From the IMG/VR virus record IMGVR_UViG_3300042391_001116, positions 1,309-65,308 of that record: DNA of 64,000 nt. One strand, 5' to 3'. The notes under the pieces were generated by a model that had not been told where the DNA came from, searched no databases, and saw nothing but the letters and a program-made list of their open reading frames with translations. Source of the DNA: a virus (lineage: Duplodnaviria > Caudoviricetes). This document shows, piece by piece, positions 18,005 through 28,846 of the stretch. How positions within the stretch are numbered: position 1 is the stretch's first letter; the number at the start of each line of letters is the position of its first letter. The position numbers and the translations under genes are program-made.

Positions 18005-18432
18005 AATTTGTTAACCTTTTCTCGTAAAGAAACAATACTGTTTCTTATGTTGTTGTTTTTAACATTAGCAGGTCTTCCAGACTTCCTGCCAGAAAAGAAT
18101 GCTACCACATCGTAAACATCGGATTCTGTATAAAACCGCCAATTTTTATACGCCTCACTTTTTTCTGCTTCTAATGCTGGTCTGGCAAGCAATCCATTCT
18201 TTTCATATTTTCTGATTGTATCAGATCTTTTACCAGTAATTTTAGATAACTCACCAATAGTGTACAAACGACTTAAAAGTAATTCACCACCATTGAAGGG
18301 GACAATTTCTTCATTCTCTTCTAACAGGAATTTCACAATTACACTGTTAGAAGAGCGATGAATCTTTTTTACTTTTACAATAAGTGTTTTATATAAATAA
18401 AACTTATTTTCTATAATTTTATTTGTTATCAT
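18001..18432 (-). CDS. MerR-family HTH protein
   Basis: YTIGELSKITGKRSDTIRKYEKNGLL...WRFYTESD. Confidence 0.85.
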   Translation of the reverse strand: MITNKIIENKFYLYKTLIVKVKKIHRSSNSVIVKFLLEENEEIVPFNGGELLLSRLYTIGELSKITGKRSDTIRKYEKNGLLARPALEAEKSEAYKNWRFYTESDVYDVVAFFSGRKSGRPANVKNNNIRNSIVSLREKVNKL

Positions 18433-18607
18433 TTCTTATCTTTTCTAAGATTTTATTTAGTTTATCAACTTGAATATCAGCAGAATGACCACACTTTATA
18501 CATGTAACATCTACCCAGTATTGTCCTAAACTATAATATTGTTCTCCAATGTATTTTCTACCACCGCATTTAATGCAGCGCATATACACATCTGAGAACT
18601 TAATCAC
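18419..18607 (-). CDS. Zn-ribbon protein
   Basis: CIKCGG and CIKCGH. Confidence 0.7.
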   Translation of the reverse strand: MIKFSDVYMRCIKCGGRKYIGEQYYSLGQYWVDVTCIKCGHSADIQVDKLNKILEKIRNDNK

Positions 18608-18608
18608 C

Positions 18609-18812
18609 TTACTTTTTCAGTGTTGATGCCGAACTAGGATCTCCAACTTGAGTCGCAAGAAAACCTTTAAGAACGCTAATGCCAGCTGCTAAAACAGCAG
18701 CACTTGCAGACTTAACTTCATCAACACCACCAACAGTGTAAATAGCAATAAATGCCTGGGCAGCTGTCCACAGTGCTCTTTCAGCAATATCTTTATATAG
18801 TTTGTTATTCAT
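18609..18812 (-). CDS. holin (r1t-like)
   Basis: ERALWTAAQAFIA, two hydrophobic helices. Confidence 0.7.
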   Translation of the reverse strand: MNNKLYKDIAERALWTAAQAFIAIYTVGGVDEVKSASAAVLAAGISVLKGFLATQVGDPSSASTLKK

Positions 18813-18821
18813 ATTATCTCC

Positions 18822-19994
18822 TTATAGCCAGCAGTTATATTCTGCTGTTACAATACCCTTATCTGGATGAACAAACATTAGCGGTTGTGATGGTTGCCCA
18901 ATGGCCGCTAGGCTCTCCATTGCATAAGTGTTTGTAGATTCTGGACTACCAGAAATTCTAAACTGTACAGTATTAAATGTCATCTTAGTTGGTGTGTGAA
19001 AATGTCCACAGTAAACATCTGTAAAATCTTCCTGTACAGCCCCAACTTTCCAGCCATAAACTTTCTTTTGAAAGCCATACAGCGTAGAGAGACTACCAAA
19101 CTGATCACCATGAATCAACATTGACTTATAGTTACCAATTGAGTCAATAGCATACCAATTTCTCTCTCCACGACCATCAGGGATCTGGAAACTAATTCTC
19201 TTTTCATCTTCGTACATCAACTGAATGATGCGATAAAGCATTCTATCGGCATTAGTCTCTGGATCATGATCTCTACGTGAACGACCACCAATAGCCCCAT
19301 GATTACCAATGACACCGACAAAAACAACCTTCTCAAAGTTTTCCAACATTTTGTTGATAAACTTTCTCATAATTCTTGGACCATCAACAGTTACCTGACG
19401 ATATAGTCCACCATCAACTAAGAAGCTTTGTCCGGGGAAAATAAGTTCACCCTCAACAATGTCGCCAAGACACCAAATATGAATTTCATTAATTGGGTGA
19501 TCTGCTCTTTGAACATTTGTTACATCAACAACTTTTTGAGCAAATTTTTCAATACGTTCTTCACATACAGTAGAGTTATAGTCAGGTGTAACTTTAGCAA
19601 GTTGCCAGTCAGCTAGGACTGCAACTGCTACTTCTTCATTCTTATTATTTTTCTTACTTTTAGTTGCAAAAAAATTTCTGTCAATTTCAGCAGGCTTTTG
19701 TTTTACAATTGTATCTTTTACGGCGGAGTAAACAGCAGAAGCAATTTCATCCTGCTTACTCTTTACCTTTTCATACTCTGAAAGAAGTTTACTGTAAGCA
19801 ACACGCAGAGCAGCGTCACTCACATTATCACTAGAAGTTTCTAAACCAGGAATGTCCACGATTCCGTTTTCCTTTCTAAATTTGCATAAGCCAAGTACAT
19901 CCATTGACTTACGACATGAGGGTTGTGCATATTTTTGATTGGGTGAATTGGGTTCAAACTCAAGTTCACAATTCTTGCCTTCGCATTTCTTCAT
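18822..19994 (-). CDS. calcineurin-like metallophosphoesterase with N-terminal Cys/coiled-coil region
   Basis: LADWQL, LGDIVEG, GNHG, IHGD, GHFH; start at MKKCEGKNC. Confidence 0.85.
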   Translation of the reverse strand: MKKCEGKNCELEFEPNSPNQKYAQPSCRKSMDVLGLCKFRKENGIVDIPGLETSSDNVSDAALRVAYSKLLSEYEKVKSKQDEIASAVYSAVKDTIVKQKPAEIDRNFFATKSKKNNKNEEVAVAVLADWQLAKVTPDYNSTVCEERIEKFAQKVVDVTNVQRADHPINEIHIWCLGDIVEGELIFPGQSFLVDGGLYRQVTVDGPRIMRKFINKMLENFEKVVFVGVIGNHGAIGGRSRRDHDPETNADRMLYRIIQLMYEDEKRISFQIPDGRGERNWYAIDSIGNYKSMLIHGDQFGSLSTLYGFQKKVYGWKVGAVQEDFTDVYCGHFHTPTKMTFNTVQFRISGSPESTNTYAMESLAAIGQPSQPLMFVHPDKGIVTAEYNCWL

Positions 19995-20050
19995 TGTCCC
20001 TCCTACGGGTTGGGTCAATCGTACCACAAACCGTAGGTATTATTTTGTCA

Positions 20051-20488
20051 TTAGGAAAGTTTTTTTTGCATATTTATTCTTTTAGAAAAATCACGCTTTT
20101 GTGTATGAGGCTTAGTATTTTTAACATTTTCTCTCATCTTATCTCTCTGCTTCATATTAGGTTTTCTGCCTTCCATATGGAGAGCACTATGCTCTTTGTG
20201 AGTGCAAACAAAAAAGTTTTCAACACGATTATCTACTTTAATTTCATTTATATGATGCACTGTTTCCCAAGGCTGAAGATATCGACCAAGATAATTCTCC
20301 ATAACAAGTCTGTGTTCATAAACATAACCACGAATATTCCGGGGGTGATCTGGGAGTAATACTCTTATATAACCTTTATCATCAATGTATTTACCACCAG
20401 CAAAATTAGGATTATTAGAACCAGTATTATTTTTTGGTGCCCAGCTTATATCTTTTCTTTTAGAAGCTAATTCCCTTCTAGCATGCAA
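20051..20488 (-). CDS. HNH endonuclease
   Basis: YEHRLVME...VHHINEIKVDNRVENF...HSALH. Confidence 0.88.
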   Translation of the reverse strand: MHARRELASKRKDISWAPKNNTGSNNPNFAGGKYIDDKGYIRVLLPDHPRNIRGYVYEHRLVMENYLGRYLQPWETVHHINEIKVDNRVENFFVCTHKEHSALHMEGRKPNMKQRDKMRENVKNTKPHTQKRDFSKRINMQKKLS

Positions 20489-20490
20489 TT

Positions 20491-21168
20491 TTAGATACCG
20501 CCAGCATCTTCAACATAAATTTGGATAGGAGCACTGGAGTTACCTTCAATTCTCCAATTAGGAGCATTAACAATATTAGCGCCAGCAACTCTGGACACTG
20601 AAAGAAAGAAACTTTGGTTAGTCAAAGAAGAACCAGTAGTCTGTAAAACAGTATACGTTCCCGATCCTATTTTACTTGGGTAAGTGTTTGACTTGATTGC
20701 TTCGTTTGCTATGTTTGCTGGCAAGCCCATTGCTACGTTTGCAAAGGTGAATGTATGCGGGGTAATCTCCCAATATCCAAGTTTTTGCTTGCCAGCGTCT
20801 GCTATGTTAGAACCATTATACAGATTTATAACATACCTTGAGTCCTCTGCGCCAGCAGAAAGCACAGAAATTGCAGGAATGTTTACAGTTATTTTATAAT
20901 ATCTATTTTCAGCAATACTAACTCGTGTATCAGAACCACCAGTCCCAGACTCATCTTTTAAATAAATTACTTCATGCTCAGTAAAATCTGAATATCCAGT
21001 AGCATTAGGTGACTGAGTTGTTAACTGATTAAACTTAAGGACACCTGTAGCTTTATCATCAATAACATCTTTAACTTGCTCAATATTAGTAGACATTTGA
21101 GAAAGCCTAAGGCTAGTTATAGGAGTACCGTCACTCCAAGATACAAAATTATAGTTTTCGTAAGCCAT
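20491..21168 (-). CDS. probable minor tail protein
   Basis: Beta-rich S/T/N composition; end of the tail module. Confidence 0.55.
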   Translation of the reverse strand: MAYENYNFVSWSDGTPITSLRLSQMSTNIEQVKDVIDDKATGVLKFNQLTTQSPNATGYSDFTEHEVIYLKDESGTGGSDTRVSIAENRYYKITVNIPAISVLSAGAEDSRYVINLYNGSNIADAGKQKLGYWEITPHTFTFANVAMGLPANIANEAIKSNTYPSKIGSGTYTVLQTTGSSLTNQSFFLSVSRVAGANIVNAPNWRIEGNSSAPIQIYVEDAGGI

Positions 21169-21194
21169 ACTTCTCCATTATACTACAAAATTAA

Positions 21195-21941
21195 TTAAAA
21201 AACGATTGGTCCTCTATACTGGTAATTCAAGAGCTTTTCTTCAATCCATTCCTCAAATAATGGGGTTATATTGGGGACATCGCTAGGTCTTTGAGTCGCA
21301 TCAGGGTTGCCTTGTAAATATAAAGAAACATGCGTATCTGGAAAACTATTCAAAAGTTCTTGATACACATTTTCTGGCATATCCATTAATTCTAATATTT
21401 TAGAAGAAATTACGCTTTGAACCTCTTCATTATTAAAGGGTTCTTTATTGACAATACTCCATTCAATAATGAGCTTAAATAACTCACCAAGAGTTCTAGC
21501 ATGCCTTTGCGGATGCAATGCTATTAATTGATTTTCTAAATATTCTGATTGAACATATTTATCCGAATTACCCCATCCATTATCAATAGCTTTTTGTTGC
21601 CATTCAGGAAGTTCACTATAATTTCTTTTAAGAACATTGCATTCTTTTTCTTGAACTTCACTATAAATAATAAAAAAATCAGGAGCAAAATCTAAAACTA
21701 CTTTTAAAAATTTTAAATCACTTAAAGATATATTCAAAGGTAAACTATAAGCAGATTTACCATCCCATGTAATACAAACAGGCCCCATAGAATCAGAATC
21801 ACACCGACCTTCAGACTGGTTGCCTTTATTAATTCTTGCACAAGCAGCAAAAGAAAAAACACCGTAATTATCAGTATTATTAATAATTTTATCTAAATAT
21901 CCAAATTGATTCCTGGAAGTTCCATAATCTTTTAAAGCCAT
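21195..21941 (-). CDS. unknown family, paralog A
   Basis: Shares RCD..MGP, HARTLxEL..EW and DMP motifs with 42941-43579 and 43576-44274. Confidence 0.75.
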   Translation of the reverse strand: MALKDYGTSRNQFGYLDKIINNTDNYGVFSFAACARINKGNQSEGRCDSDSMGPVCITWDGKSAYSLPLNISLSDLKFLKVVLDFAPDFFIIYSEVQEKECNVLKRNYSELPEWQQKAIDNGWGNSDKYVQSEYLENQLIALHPQRHARTLGELFKLIIEWSIVNKEPFNNEEVQSVISSKILELMDMPENVYQELLNSFPDTHVSLYLQGNPDATQRPSDVPNITPLFEEWIEEKLLNYQYRGPIVF

Positions 21942-21942
21942 C

Positions 21943-23664
21943 TCAAACTCCTTGTCTGTTTTCTAGAACTTCTAAGCGTTCTAATACTTCTTTCAATGCA
22001 GATACCGTTATACTCAGTATACCATTTGGATCATACATTGATGGTGAAAAATTATTAGGGTCTGTATAATCCATATCCTCTTCTCTTCCTAAAGGAAGAT
22101 TGTAATCATAATGAACTAATCCTATATCAACAGTCTCTACTTCTTCAACAATAAAACCATATTGAGTATTTAATGATTTTAAATATTTTTCAGTATTACT
22201 AGCAAGACTATGAGATCTCCAGTTGTATGTAACAGGATTTAATTTTTTAATTAATTCGGACCCAAAATTATTTGAATTAATATTTTCTTTTAAAATTCTT
22301 CTTGAACTACTATTTAAAACTCTACCAGCTGTATTTCTTACGAGCGTAGTACCAGACCCAGAACCAATATTAGACAATAAAAAGAAATTAAGCGTATTTG
22401 AGCCAACTGCACTTATTTGAAAACGATCACAATTACTAAGTGCCCAGAAATTAGTATCAGTTTCTAAAGTACTACCATAAGTAGTATCAGTAAAACCATT
22501 CAAAGTTGCAACAAGAGCATTACCGTATTTAAATTTTATTTGACTATCCTGAACAAGTGTACCATCTTGACCAAGTTTAACCATTAAAGAATCTGAAAGA
22601 CTTGCGCCACCATAAGTCATTCCAGCAGTAGAAAGAGTATACCCAGCCAACGCTCCGTTAACAATAGCAACAACACCAGCAGTTGTAACACCAAACCCAG
22701 CACCCGCTGCGCCAGATGTGATAGCAGTATTAACAAAGTTAGCCCCAGTAGCGTCTATATAACCATTAGAGTATAAAGTAGTAGCAACAGCACTTATAGA
22801 AGTGCTAGAGATATCCCAGCCCCCAATAGAACCTGCTTCAGCAGTCATAGTCCCACCCTCTGTAACAGAAAAAGGGGCAGACGCAAAATTTGCATGACCA
22901 GACCAATGAGCACCATTAGAAGCAACTTTAAAAATTGTATTAGCAGAACCAATACTTAAACTAGTACCAGAAATAGTACCACCAGTAACAGCATTACCCG
23001 ATATGGTACTAGCAGAACCAGCAGTAATATTACCAGTAATAATTGCATTAGTAGCAGTTAAAAGACCATTAGAAGCAACACTGAAAACACCGCCATTAAT
23101 ACTAATTGAACCACCAGTAATAGCACCATTACTTATTGAACCATTAGCAAAAGTACCACCAGCATTAATATTCCCACTAAAATTACCAGAAGATGCCTCA
23201 ATCTGACCACGAACAACAATATTATTATTAAACTCTGCACTACCATTACTTCTAATCTGCCAGCCAGTAGTCCCTGCTACATAACTATTGCTACTAATTG
23301 TTTGTCCAACTTGAACAACGTTAATAGCAAGTTCATTAGCAGTAATAGTATTAGCAGCTATCTGAATAGCAGTAATCTCATCAGCCCCAATATGACGACC
23401 TTGGACTGAGTTCTCTAATAAAACAATACCAGCAGGAGAAAGTATTTGAGTCGATATAAAGTTAGCAATATACTGATCAAATCTATTCCGATTATTAGTA
23501 CGAGATAGTTCCCTAGCATTATCCTGATTAGAAGTTGTTACATCTGTACCAAAATCAAAAATGCTATATTTACTAGAATCAATAAGAGAAGATGAAACAC
23601 CGTCATGGTTGTGTCCACCAGATCTAAAAAATCTTATACCGCTTTCTGGAGTGCTACTAGGCAT
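21943..23664 (-). CDS. tail fibre/spike with C-terminal intramolecular chaperone (peptidase S74-like)
   Basis: G/S/T beta repeats; SSRRILKENI...KLNPVTYNW...QYGFIVEEV and terminal coiled coil. Confidence 0.8.
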   Translation of the reverse strand: MPSSTPESGIRFFRSGGHNHDGVSSSLIDSSKYSIFDFGTDVTTSNQDNARELSRTNNRNRFDQYIANFISTQILSPAGIVLLENSVQGRHIGADEITAIQIAANTITANELAINVVQVGQTISSNSYVAGTTGWQIRSNGSAEFNNNIVVRGQIEASSGNFSGNINAGGTFANGSISNGAITGGSISINGGVFSVASNGLLTATNAIITGNITAGSASTISGNAVTGGTISGTSLSIGSANTIFKVASNGAHWSGHANFASAPFSVTEGGTMTAEAGSIGGWDISSTSISAVATTLYSNGYIDATGANFVNTAITSGAAGAGFGVTTAGVVAIVNGALAGYTLSTAGMTYGGASLSDSLMVKLGQDGTLVQDSQIKFKYGNALVATLNGFTDTTYGSTLETDTNFWALSNCDRFQISAVGSNTLNFFLLSNIGSGSGTTLVRNTAGRVLNSSSRRILKENINSNNFGSELIKKLNPVTYNWRSHSLASNTEKYLKSLNTQYGFIVEEVETVDIGLVHYDYNLPLGREEDMDYTDPNNFSPSMYDPNGILSITVSALKEVLERLEVLENRQGV

Positions 23665-26600
23665 TACACCACCTTCCTTAAAGTCATAGTTTGAGAATAT
23701 CCACTACCAACAGAAGTGCTTATAGATATAACCCAATAATCACTATTAATTATATCAAATTGATCAAGAGTAGTAATACGAATTCTATCCCCAACTTGCA
23801 ATGTTGGCATTAAAACTGTATTAACTTCAAGAATTGGAATCGGCTCAGAAAGTTTTTCAATTATAAAATTAGCAATAGATTGAGCATGTTCAGCATTAGT
23901 AATAAATGGACTATCTATTACAATTTCTTTAAGACCATATTTTCTTCTATTCTCAGAGTTAACAGCCTTTTGTTCAATTATTTGATTTTTATTTTCTGAG
24001 ACCTGGATGGGAATACCAGCAATAGATGCAAAAGCAACCTTTTGTGTAATCGGATTAGTTCCTTCGGCAAAGGCAATATTGTTGGCACCAATGCTTTCAG
24101 AAGCAGAAATAATAAGATTACCTTTAAAGGGAGATGCAGACCAATGAAGAATATTTATCTCATCTGGGTCTTCAAATAAAATACCCGTAATAAAAGGATT
24201 TTTAACATTCAAAGCAGGAGTTTTATCATATTCAAAATTAAAGTATCTAACTTCTCTAATCAATGAATTAGAATTATGAGAAGCAGCCGTTGTACCAAGA
24301 ACTCCTCTTTCCACTGATAAGAAGTTCATATTATTTTTATTTGAATATTTAATAATTTCACTATCAATAACAATGTACCCAGAAGTTGGGAATGGTATAA
24401 GATCAAAACTTGATGCTGGAATAGTATTAGCAGAATTACTAAGGTTTGACGAAAGTGTTACCACACCCAATGTTGTGGGGTCTGGAGCTCTCCAGATAGG
24501 CTGTGTTTCATTAGTATTAGCAACAACCCCGGATATTTTTATAATGACACTATTGACTTGTAAGGTCTTTTGAATAGATGCATCAACAATAAAATCTTCA
24601 TCAGAAATTGATTTTTGCACATTGGCATGTTGGTCTATTGACGTTTCAAAAAATTCATAATAATTATCGTATCTAATATTATCATTTTCATCAACAAAAA
24701 TTCTACCAAGATCACTAAATGTAATATTCTGAATAGCCTGATAGATAGATTCATTAATGCTATACAGAAATGGGAACTTTTTAATTTCTTTTATCTGTGT
24801 TTCACGATATCTTTTTAGAGCATTTGTTGCAGATATACATTTATTGTATATAATAAATTCATCAATATAAACATTAATACCGCTAATATTAATAGATGAA
24901 GTTGGTTTAACCACACCAACACCAGATGTGAATGAAGAACCTCTACCGCCAAATGTTAAATGGTTTGTTCCAAAATCTGGCTCATATCCGTTTGTCAAAG
25001 TAGTGCTACCATGCTGCACTCCATCAACATAATACTTCAAAACATTATCAGAGTAATCATAAGTAGTAATAACATGGTTCCAACCATTAGGCTCTGGCAT
25101 AGTCGTAGAACTAGTAATAGTTGAAGTAGCTGTTGCACTATTTGAGGTGTTTAAAATTTTTAATTTAACACCATGATTTGTTGAAGAAATATAAAAGAAT
25201 TCAATACCAGCAGTTGATGAGCTATTTGACCAACTACTTATATACTCTCCAGAAGCACCTAGACCGCCCTGTGGTGACTTAAATACATACTCAATGGACC
25301 AATCACGGTTTGTATTGGTAGAATTTGATGTCACATCCCAAGAAGTGTCATAAGGTAGTCTAATAAAAGAATCAACCGTAGATCCGCCAGATATAGTATT
25401 GGATAAATAAATACTTTTATCATCAGTATTCCAAGTCATAGATGACTCGTTTGTAAAATTAACAAAAGCACTAGGAACAGCATTATTTCTATGCCTATTT
25501 CTATTTGAACCAGTAAACCCAGCATTTCTAGAGCCAATACTATCTAAGACTACATTGGTCAATAACTCAGTAGAACCAATAGTTGCTCTACCAGATGTTT
25601 TAGTAAGATTAAGATCAAAAGTATCGTTATTGCCAGAATGATAAAATTCTAACCTAATTTTATAAGGTATACCAGCGGTCCAACTATATGTAGCCGAATA
25701 GTAAGCAAGAGAAGTTTTTTCATTCCAACCGTTAATAAGAAGATTATCATCAATATATAATCTAAAACCACCCTCATCAATCTCAACACCAATTTCTTCG
25801 TCTACAGCAGTTGTAATTGGTACAAAGTATCCATCAAAGACACCTTGATAAAACTTATTGTTTAAAGAAGCATTATCAGTGCTTAAATTATATGATATTA
25901 ACTCAACATTAGATTTTATCCCAACATAAGATGGAGAAACCGATGATGACAATCCAAGGGCTTTATCTAAGTCAGATAACACTTTTTCGTTAGTGTCTAA
26001 CTGTAGATCTTTAATAGTATACTCAAAGCCAGGAGCTGGCTGATAAACTCTATACCTCAACCCTTCACCGACATAAGAGTTCCCAGCATTCTTAGTGTCA
26101 TCGTTAAACTTTAAATGCAAAATTGCGTTATCAATAGATGGACTGTCCTGAAACCTATTATATTTAATAATTTTATGATTAGGAGTATTACCAAAATATA
26201 ATAAATCTTCTACAGCGTCGCCAACAGTTGTGTTTTCTTTAAAGAAACCTTTTTCTAAAACTTTATCATTTAAAAATTTAAATCTATCTTGCAAAGAAAT
26301 TTGCACAGTCATGTCGCTAGTTGAAGAAGATACTTCTTCAATAAAGAAAGTTCCAATTTCTACATATTCAAATGGATCAAAAGTTATTACAGCATTAGCA
26401 CTATGAGATGAGGCAGTTGTCCCAGCATAACCACGCTCAGCAACCTCAAGACCCCAAATATCACTACTTATAATAGTTTTTTTCTTAACAAGTATTTTTT
26501 CTTCTTGGAATAAATTTTTATCTATAGTAACTATGTAATAGTTGGATTCAAGATTTGTATTGGCAGTATCTCCATAAGGAAATTCATTTAAATTACTAAC

Positions 26601-27542
26601 ATAAACACTAGTAGCACTACTTGAAATATTAGAAGTTAAATATGATTCAACAATGTTATCAGTAGATTCATAAGACTTCCATCCATGAGAAATGTTAACT
26701 TTAACGTCTTTTTGCAAATATTTGCCATAATCAGAATTAGTATTTAGAATATTAAACTTTTTACTACTATTATCAATAGTAATAGAAGAAGAAGTTTGAG
26801 AAGTACCAGCTATTGGTAAAGATGTTTCATGCAAATCACGAACACGATCTTCTGCTGTATCAATAATATAATCAGAAATGTCCATTTGATACATAGGAGA
26901 TACAGACACAATTCTTGCATAGTCCTCTGGATTCTTAGTGGATACCACTGTTATCAATACTCTAGAAACATTGGCGTATGTAGAGTCCAAGTTAATTATT
27001 TTTTCAAATTCATCATTATTTGTATCAAAAGATATTGTTTGATTAAGTAATGTCGTGTTACCAGCAGCGACAGCGACTGTAAAAGATTTAATTTGACCTA
27101 AATTTCTAGATGTAATAACTTTAACTTTATTAATAGTAGTAGGTGCAAAAGTAATATCAACATAAGGGTTAGTTACAAATAAACCACTAGCATCACTTTT
27201 ACTATTAGACCACCACCCATACTTCAAATTGTCTGTAAGGTCACTTGGCATAGCACGATACTTCCCGTTAGCAGTAATTACCTTATTTAAATTATCTTTA
27301 ACATCACAAACACCCCAAGAAAAAGTTTCATACGGAATACCATCCAAAACTTGCTCTTTATTAAAATAAGTGCCAAGCAAACCTGACGCATTATCGCTAT
27401 TTGTAGTAATTGAAACATTACTTAAGTGTCGAGCATCTTGAAAATCAATAACAACTCTAGGCTTAATAAATTGTGAATACGAGGTCAAAGCAGACTGAAA
27501 TGAATTACTTAATGTTTTCCCATTAATATCAATAGTTTGCAT
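23664..27542 (-). CDS. large minor tail/baseplate hub protein with PA14-like and LamG/ConA-like domains
   Basis: DEGGFRLYIDD...YKIRLEFYH; WNHVITTYD...YYVDG...IDEFIIYN; located after the tape measure gene. Confidence 0.75.
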   Translation of the reverse strand: MQTIDINGKTLSNSFQSALTSYSQFIKPRVVIDFQDARHLSNVSITTNSDNASGLLGTYFNKEQVLDGIPYETFSWGVCDVKDNLNKVITANGKYRAMPSDLTDNLKYGWWSNSKSDASGLFVTNPYVDITFAPTTINKVKVITSRNLGQIKSFTVAVAAGNTTLLNQTISFDTNNDEFEKIINLDSTYANVSRVLITVVSTKNPEDYARIVSVSPMYQMDISDYIIDTAEDRVRDLHETSLPIAGTSQTSSSITIDNSSKKFNILNTNSDYGKYLQKDVKVNISHGWKSYESTDNIVESYLTSNISSSATSVYVSNLNEFPYGDTANTNLESNYYIVTIDKNLFQEEKILVKKKTIISSDIWGLEVAERGYAGTTASSHSANAVITFDPFEYVEIGTFFIEEVSSSTSDMTVQISLQDRFKFLNDKVLEKGFFKENTTVGDAVEDLLYFGNTPNHKIIKYNRFQDSPSIDNAILHLKFNDDTKNAGNSYVGEGLRYRVYQPAPGFEYTIKDLQLDTNEKVLSDLDKALGLSSSVSPSYVGIKSNVELISYNLSTDNASLNNKFYQGVFDGYFVPITTAVDEEIGVEIDEGGFRLYIDDNLLINGWNEKTSLAYYSATYSWTAGIPYKIRLEFYHSGNNDTFDLNLTKTSGRATIGSTELLTNVVLDSIGSRNAGFTGSNRNRHRNNAVPSAFVNFTNESSMTWNTDDKSIYLSNTISGGSTVDSFIRLPYDTSWDVTSNSTNTNRDWSIEYVFKSPQGGLGASGEYISSWSNSSSTAGIEFFYISSTNHGVKLKILNTSNSATATSTITSSTTMPEPNGWNHVITTYDYSDNVLKYYVDGVQHGSTTLTNGYEPDFGTNHLTFGGRGSSFTSGVGVVKPTSSINISGINVYIDEFIIYNKCISATNALKRYRETQIKEIKKFPFLYSINESIYQAIQNITFSDLGRIFVDENDNIRYDNYYEFFETSIDQHANVQKSISDEDFIVDASIQKTLQVNSVIIKISGVVANTNETQPIWRAPDPTTLGVVTLSSNLSNSANTIPASSFDLIPFPTSGYIVIDSEIIKYSNKNNMNFLSVERGVLGTTAASHNSNSLIREVRYFNFEYDKTPALNVKNPFITGILFEDPDEINILHWSASPFKGNLIISASESIGANNIAFAEGTNPITQKVAFASIAGIPIQVSENKNQIIEQKAVNSENRRKYGLKEIVIDSPFITNAEHAQSIANFIIEKLSEPIPILEVNTVLMPTLQVGDRIRITTLDQFDIINSDYWVISISTSVGSGYSQTMTLRKVV

Positions 27543-28448
27543 TTACACCTCCTGCAAAGACAAAGAACAGTTCCAATAATATTCATTATTGTTTAAATCT
27601 CTTCTTATCAATGTCTCAGAATAATCCATAACTAATACATTATACTCTTCATTTGTATGAATTGTAAGCCCATCAGTGTCTAAATTTCTAACTTTTAGGA
27701 TATGGCTTCTGGGGTCAGAACATATATCTTTAACTACATCTCTACCAGCATGAAGATCAACAGTATTGTCTCTTTTGCCCGGCAAGAATGACCATTCAAT
27801 AGTAATACTTCTTTTATTCTGTGATGTCTTAAAATAAACACCTTTTTTAGCTGTCCAATTACTATTCATAATATACTTAGGAGTATCAGCAAAAGAAGAA
27901 GTTCTATTATGCTCGCTTAACGGGATACCATCCAAAACAAAGAATGGTTTAATATCACCAGAATCTTCAACAAGACTAGTTCTTAAAATATCTATTGAAC
28001 TAACAAGAGTTTTTGAACTTGAAGATATATTAGATGCAATTCCAACATAAAAATCTACAGTTGATAATGCAACAGTAACATTAGGTAGAATACTAATACT
28101 TGATGATAGATTAACAATTAAAGCTGCACTATCAATTGAAACACCAGGAAGGACTGAAATGCCAGAATTAATAGAGTTAACAATTAGGACATCACTAGTT
28201 GTTGATGAATTTGGCAGTATTTCTGACTCAATAACATAACTATAAATATTTGCGTCAGATACGACATCTGTATTTACTAAAATGTTTGATTCAACAGTAT
28301 AACTATAAATATAAACATCAGATACAACAGATGTAGTTACTACAATATCTGATGCAATTTGCTCAATAGAAAAAATATTGGTTGTAGCAAAGTCAAATCC
28401 AGAAGAAGGAATAGATATACTATAATAAGTATCGTCGTAACTACTCAT
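27543..28448 (-). CDS. minor tail protein
   Basis: C-terminal half similar to 28445-28846 (LSEHNR, WSFLP, GRD). Confidence 0.65.
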   Translation of the reverse strand: MSSYDDTYYSISIPSSGFDFATTNIFSIEQIASDIVVTTSVVSDVYIYSYTVESNILVNTDVVSDANIYSYVIESEILPNSSTTSDVLIVNSINSGISVLPGVSIDSAALIVNLSSSISILPNVTVALSTVDFYVGIASNISSSSKTLVSSIDILRTSLVEDSGDIKPFFVLDGIPLSEHNRTSSFADTPKYIMNSNWTAKKGVYFKTSQNKRSITIEWSFLPGKRDNTVDLHAGRDVVKDICSDPRSHILKVRNLDTDGLTIHTNEEYNVLVMDYSETLIRRDLNNNEYYWNCSLSLQEV

Positions 28449-28846
28449 CCTAGATCCTCTAAAGTCATAGTAACATCATAATATCTGCATTGACTTTGTA
28501 AAACATTCTTGATCATATCTTCACTATAACTAGTGATTAAACAATTATAATTGTTCCAAATATCTTTTTGATCACCTTGAACAGATAGAACAACAATAGC
28601 CCCAGTATTCACAAGGGTATGCAGAAAATCTCTTCCTACTCTTTCGTCAGCAGTCGCTGACGCTTTATTTGGCAAATATGTCCAAGAAAAATCAAAAGAA
28701 TTCTTTTTAGGCTTATAAAATCTTTTTGTATTGCCAGAAGCGAGTTCAATATCATTATTATCAAAAATAAGTGACGAACTAAAAGTTCTATTATGCTCAG
28801 TAATTTCTGTGCCATTAATTTTAATTAAAGCATTAATTGACATCAC
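28445..28846 (-). CDS. distal-tail-like minor tail protein
   Basis: Immediately after the tape measure gene; ITEHNR, WTYLP, VGRD. Confidence 0.65.
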   Translation of the reverse strand: MMSINALIKINGTEITEHNRTFSSSLIFDNNDIELASGNTKRFYKPKKNSFDFSWTYLPNKASATADERVGRDFLHTLVNTGAIVVLSVQGDQKDIWNNYNCLITSYSEDMIKNVLQSQCRYYDVTMTLEDLG

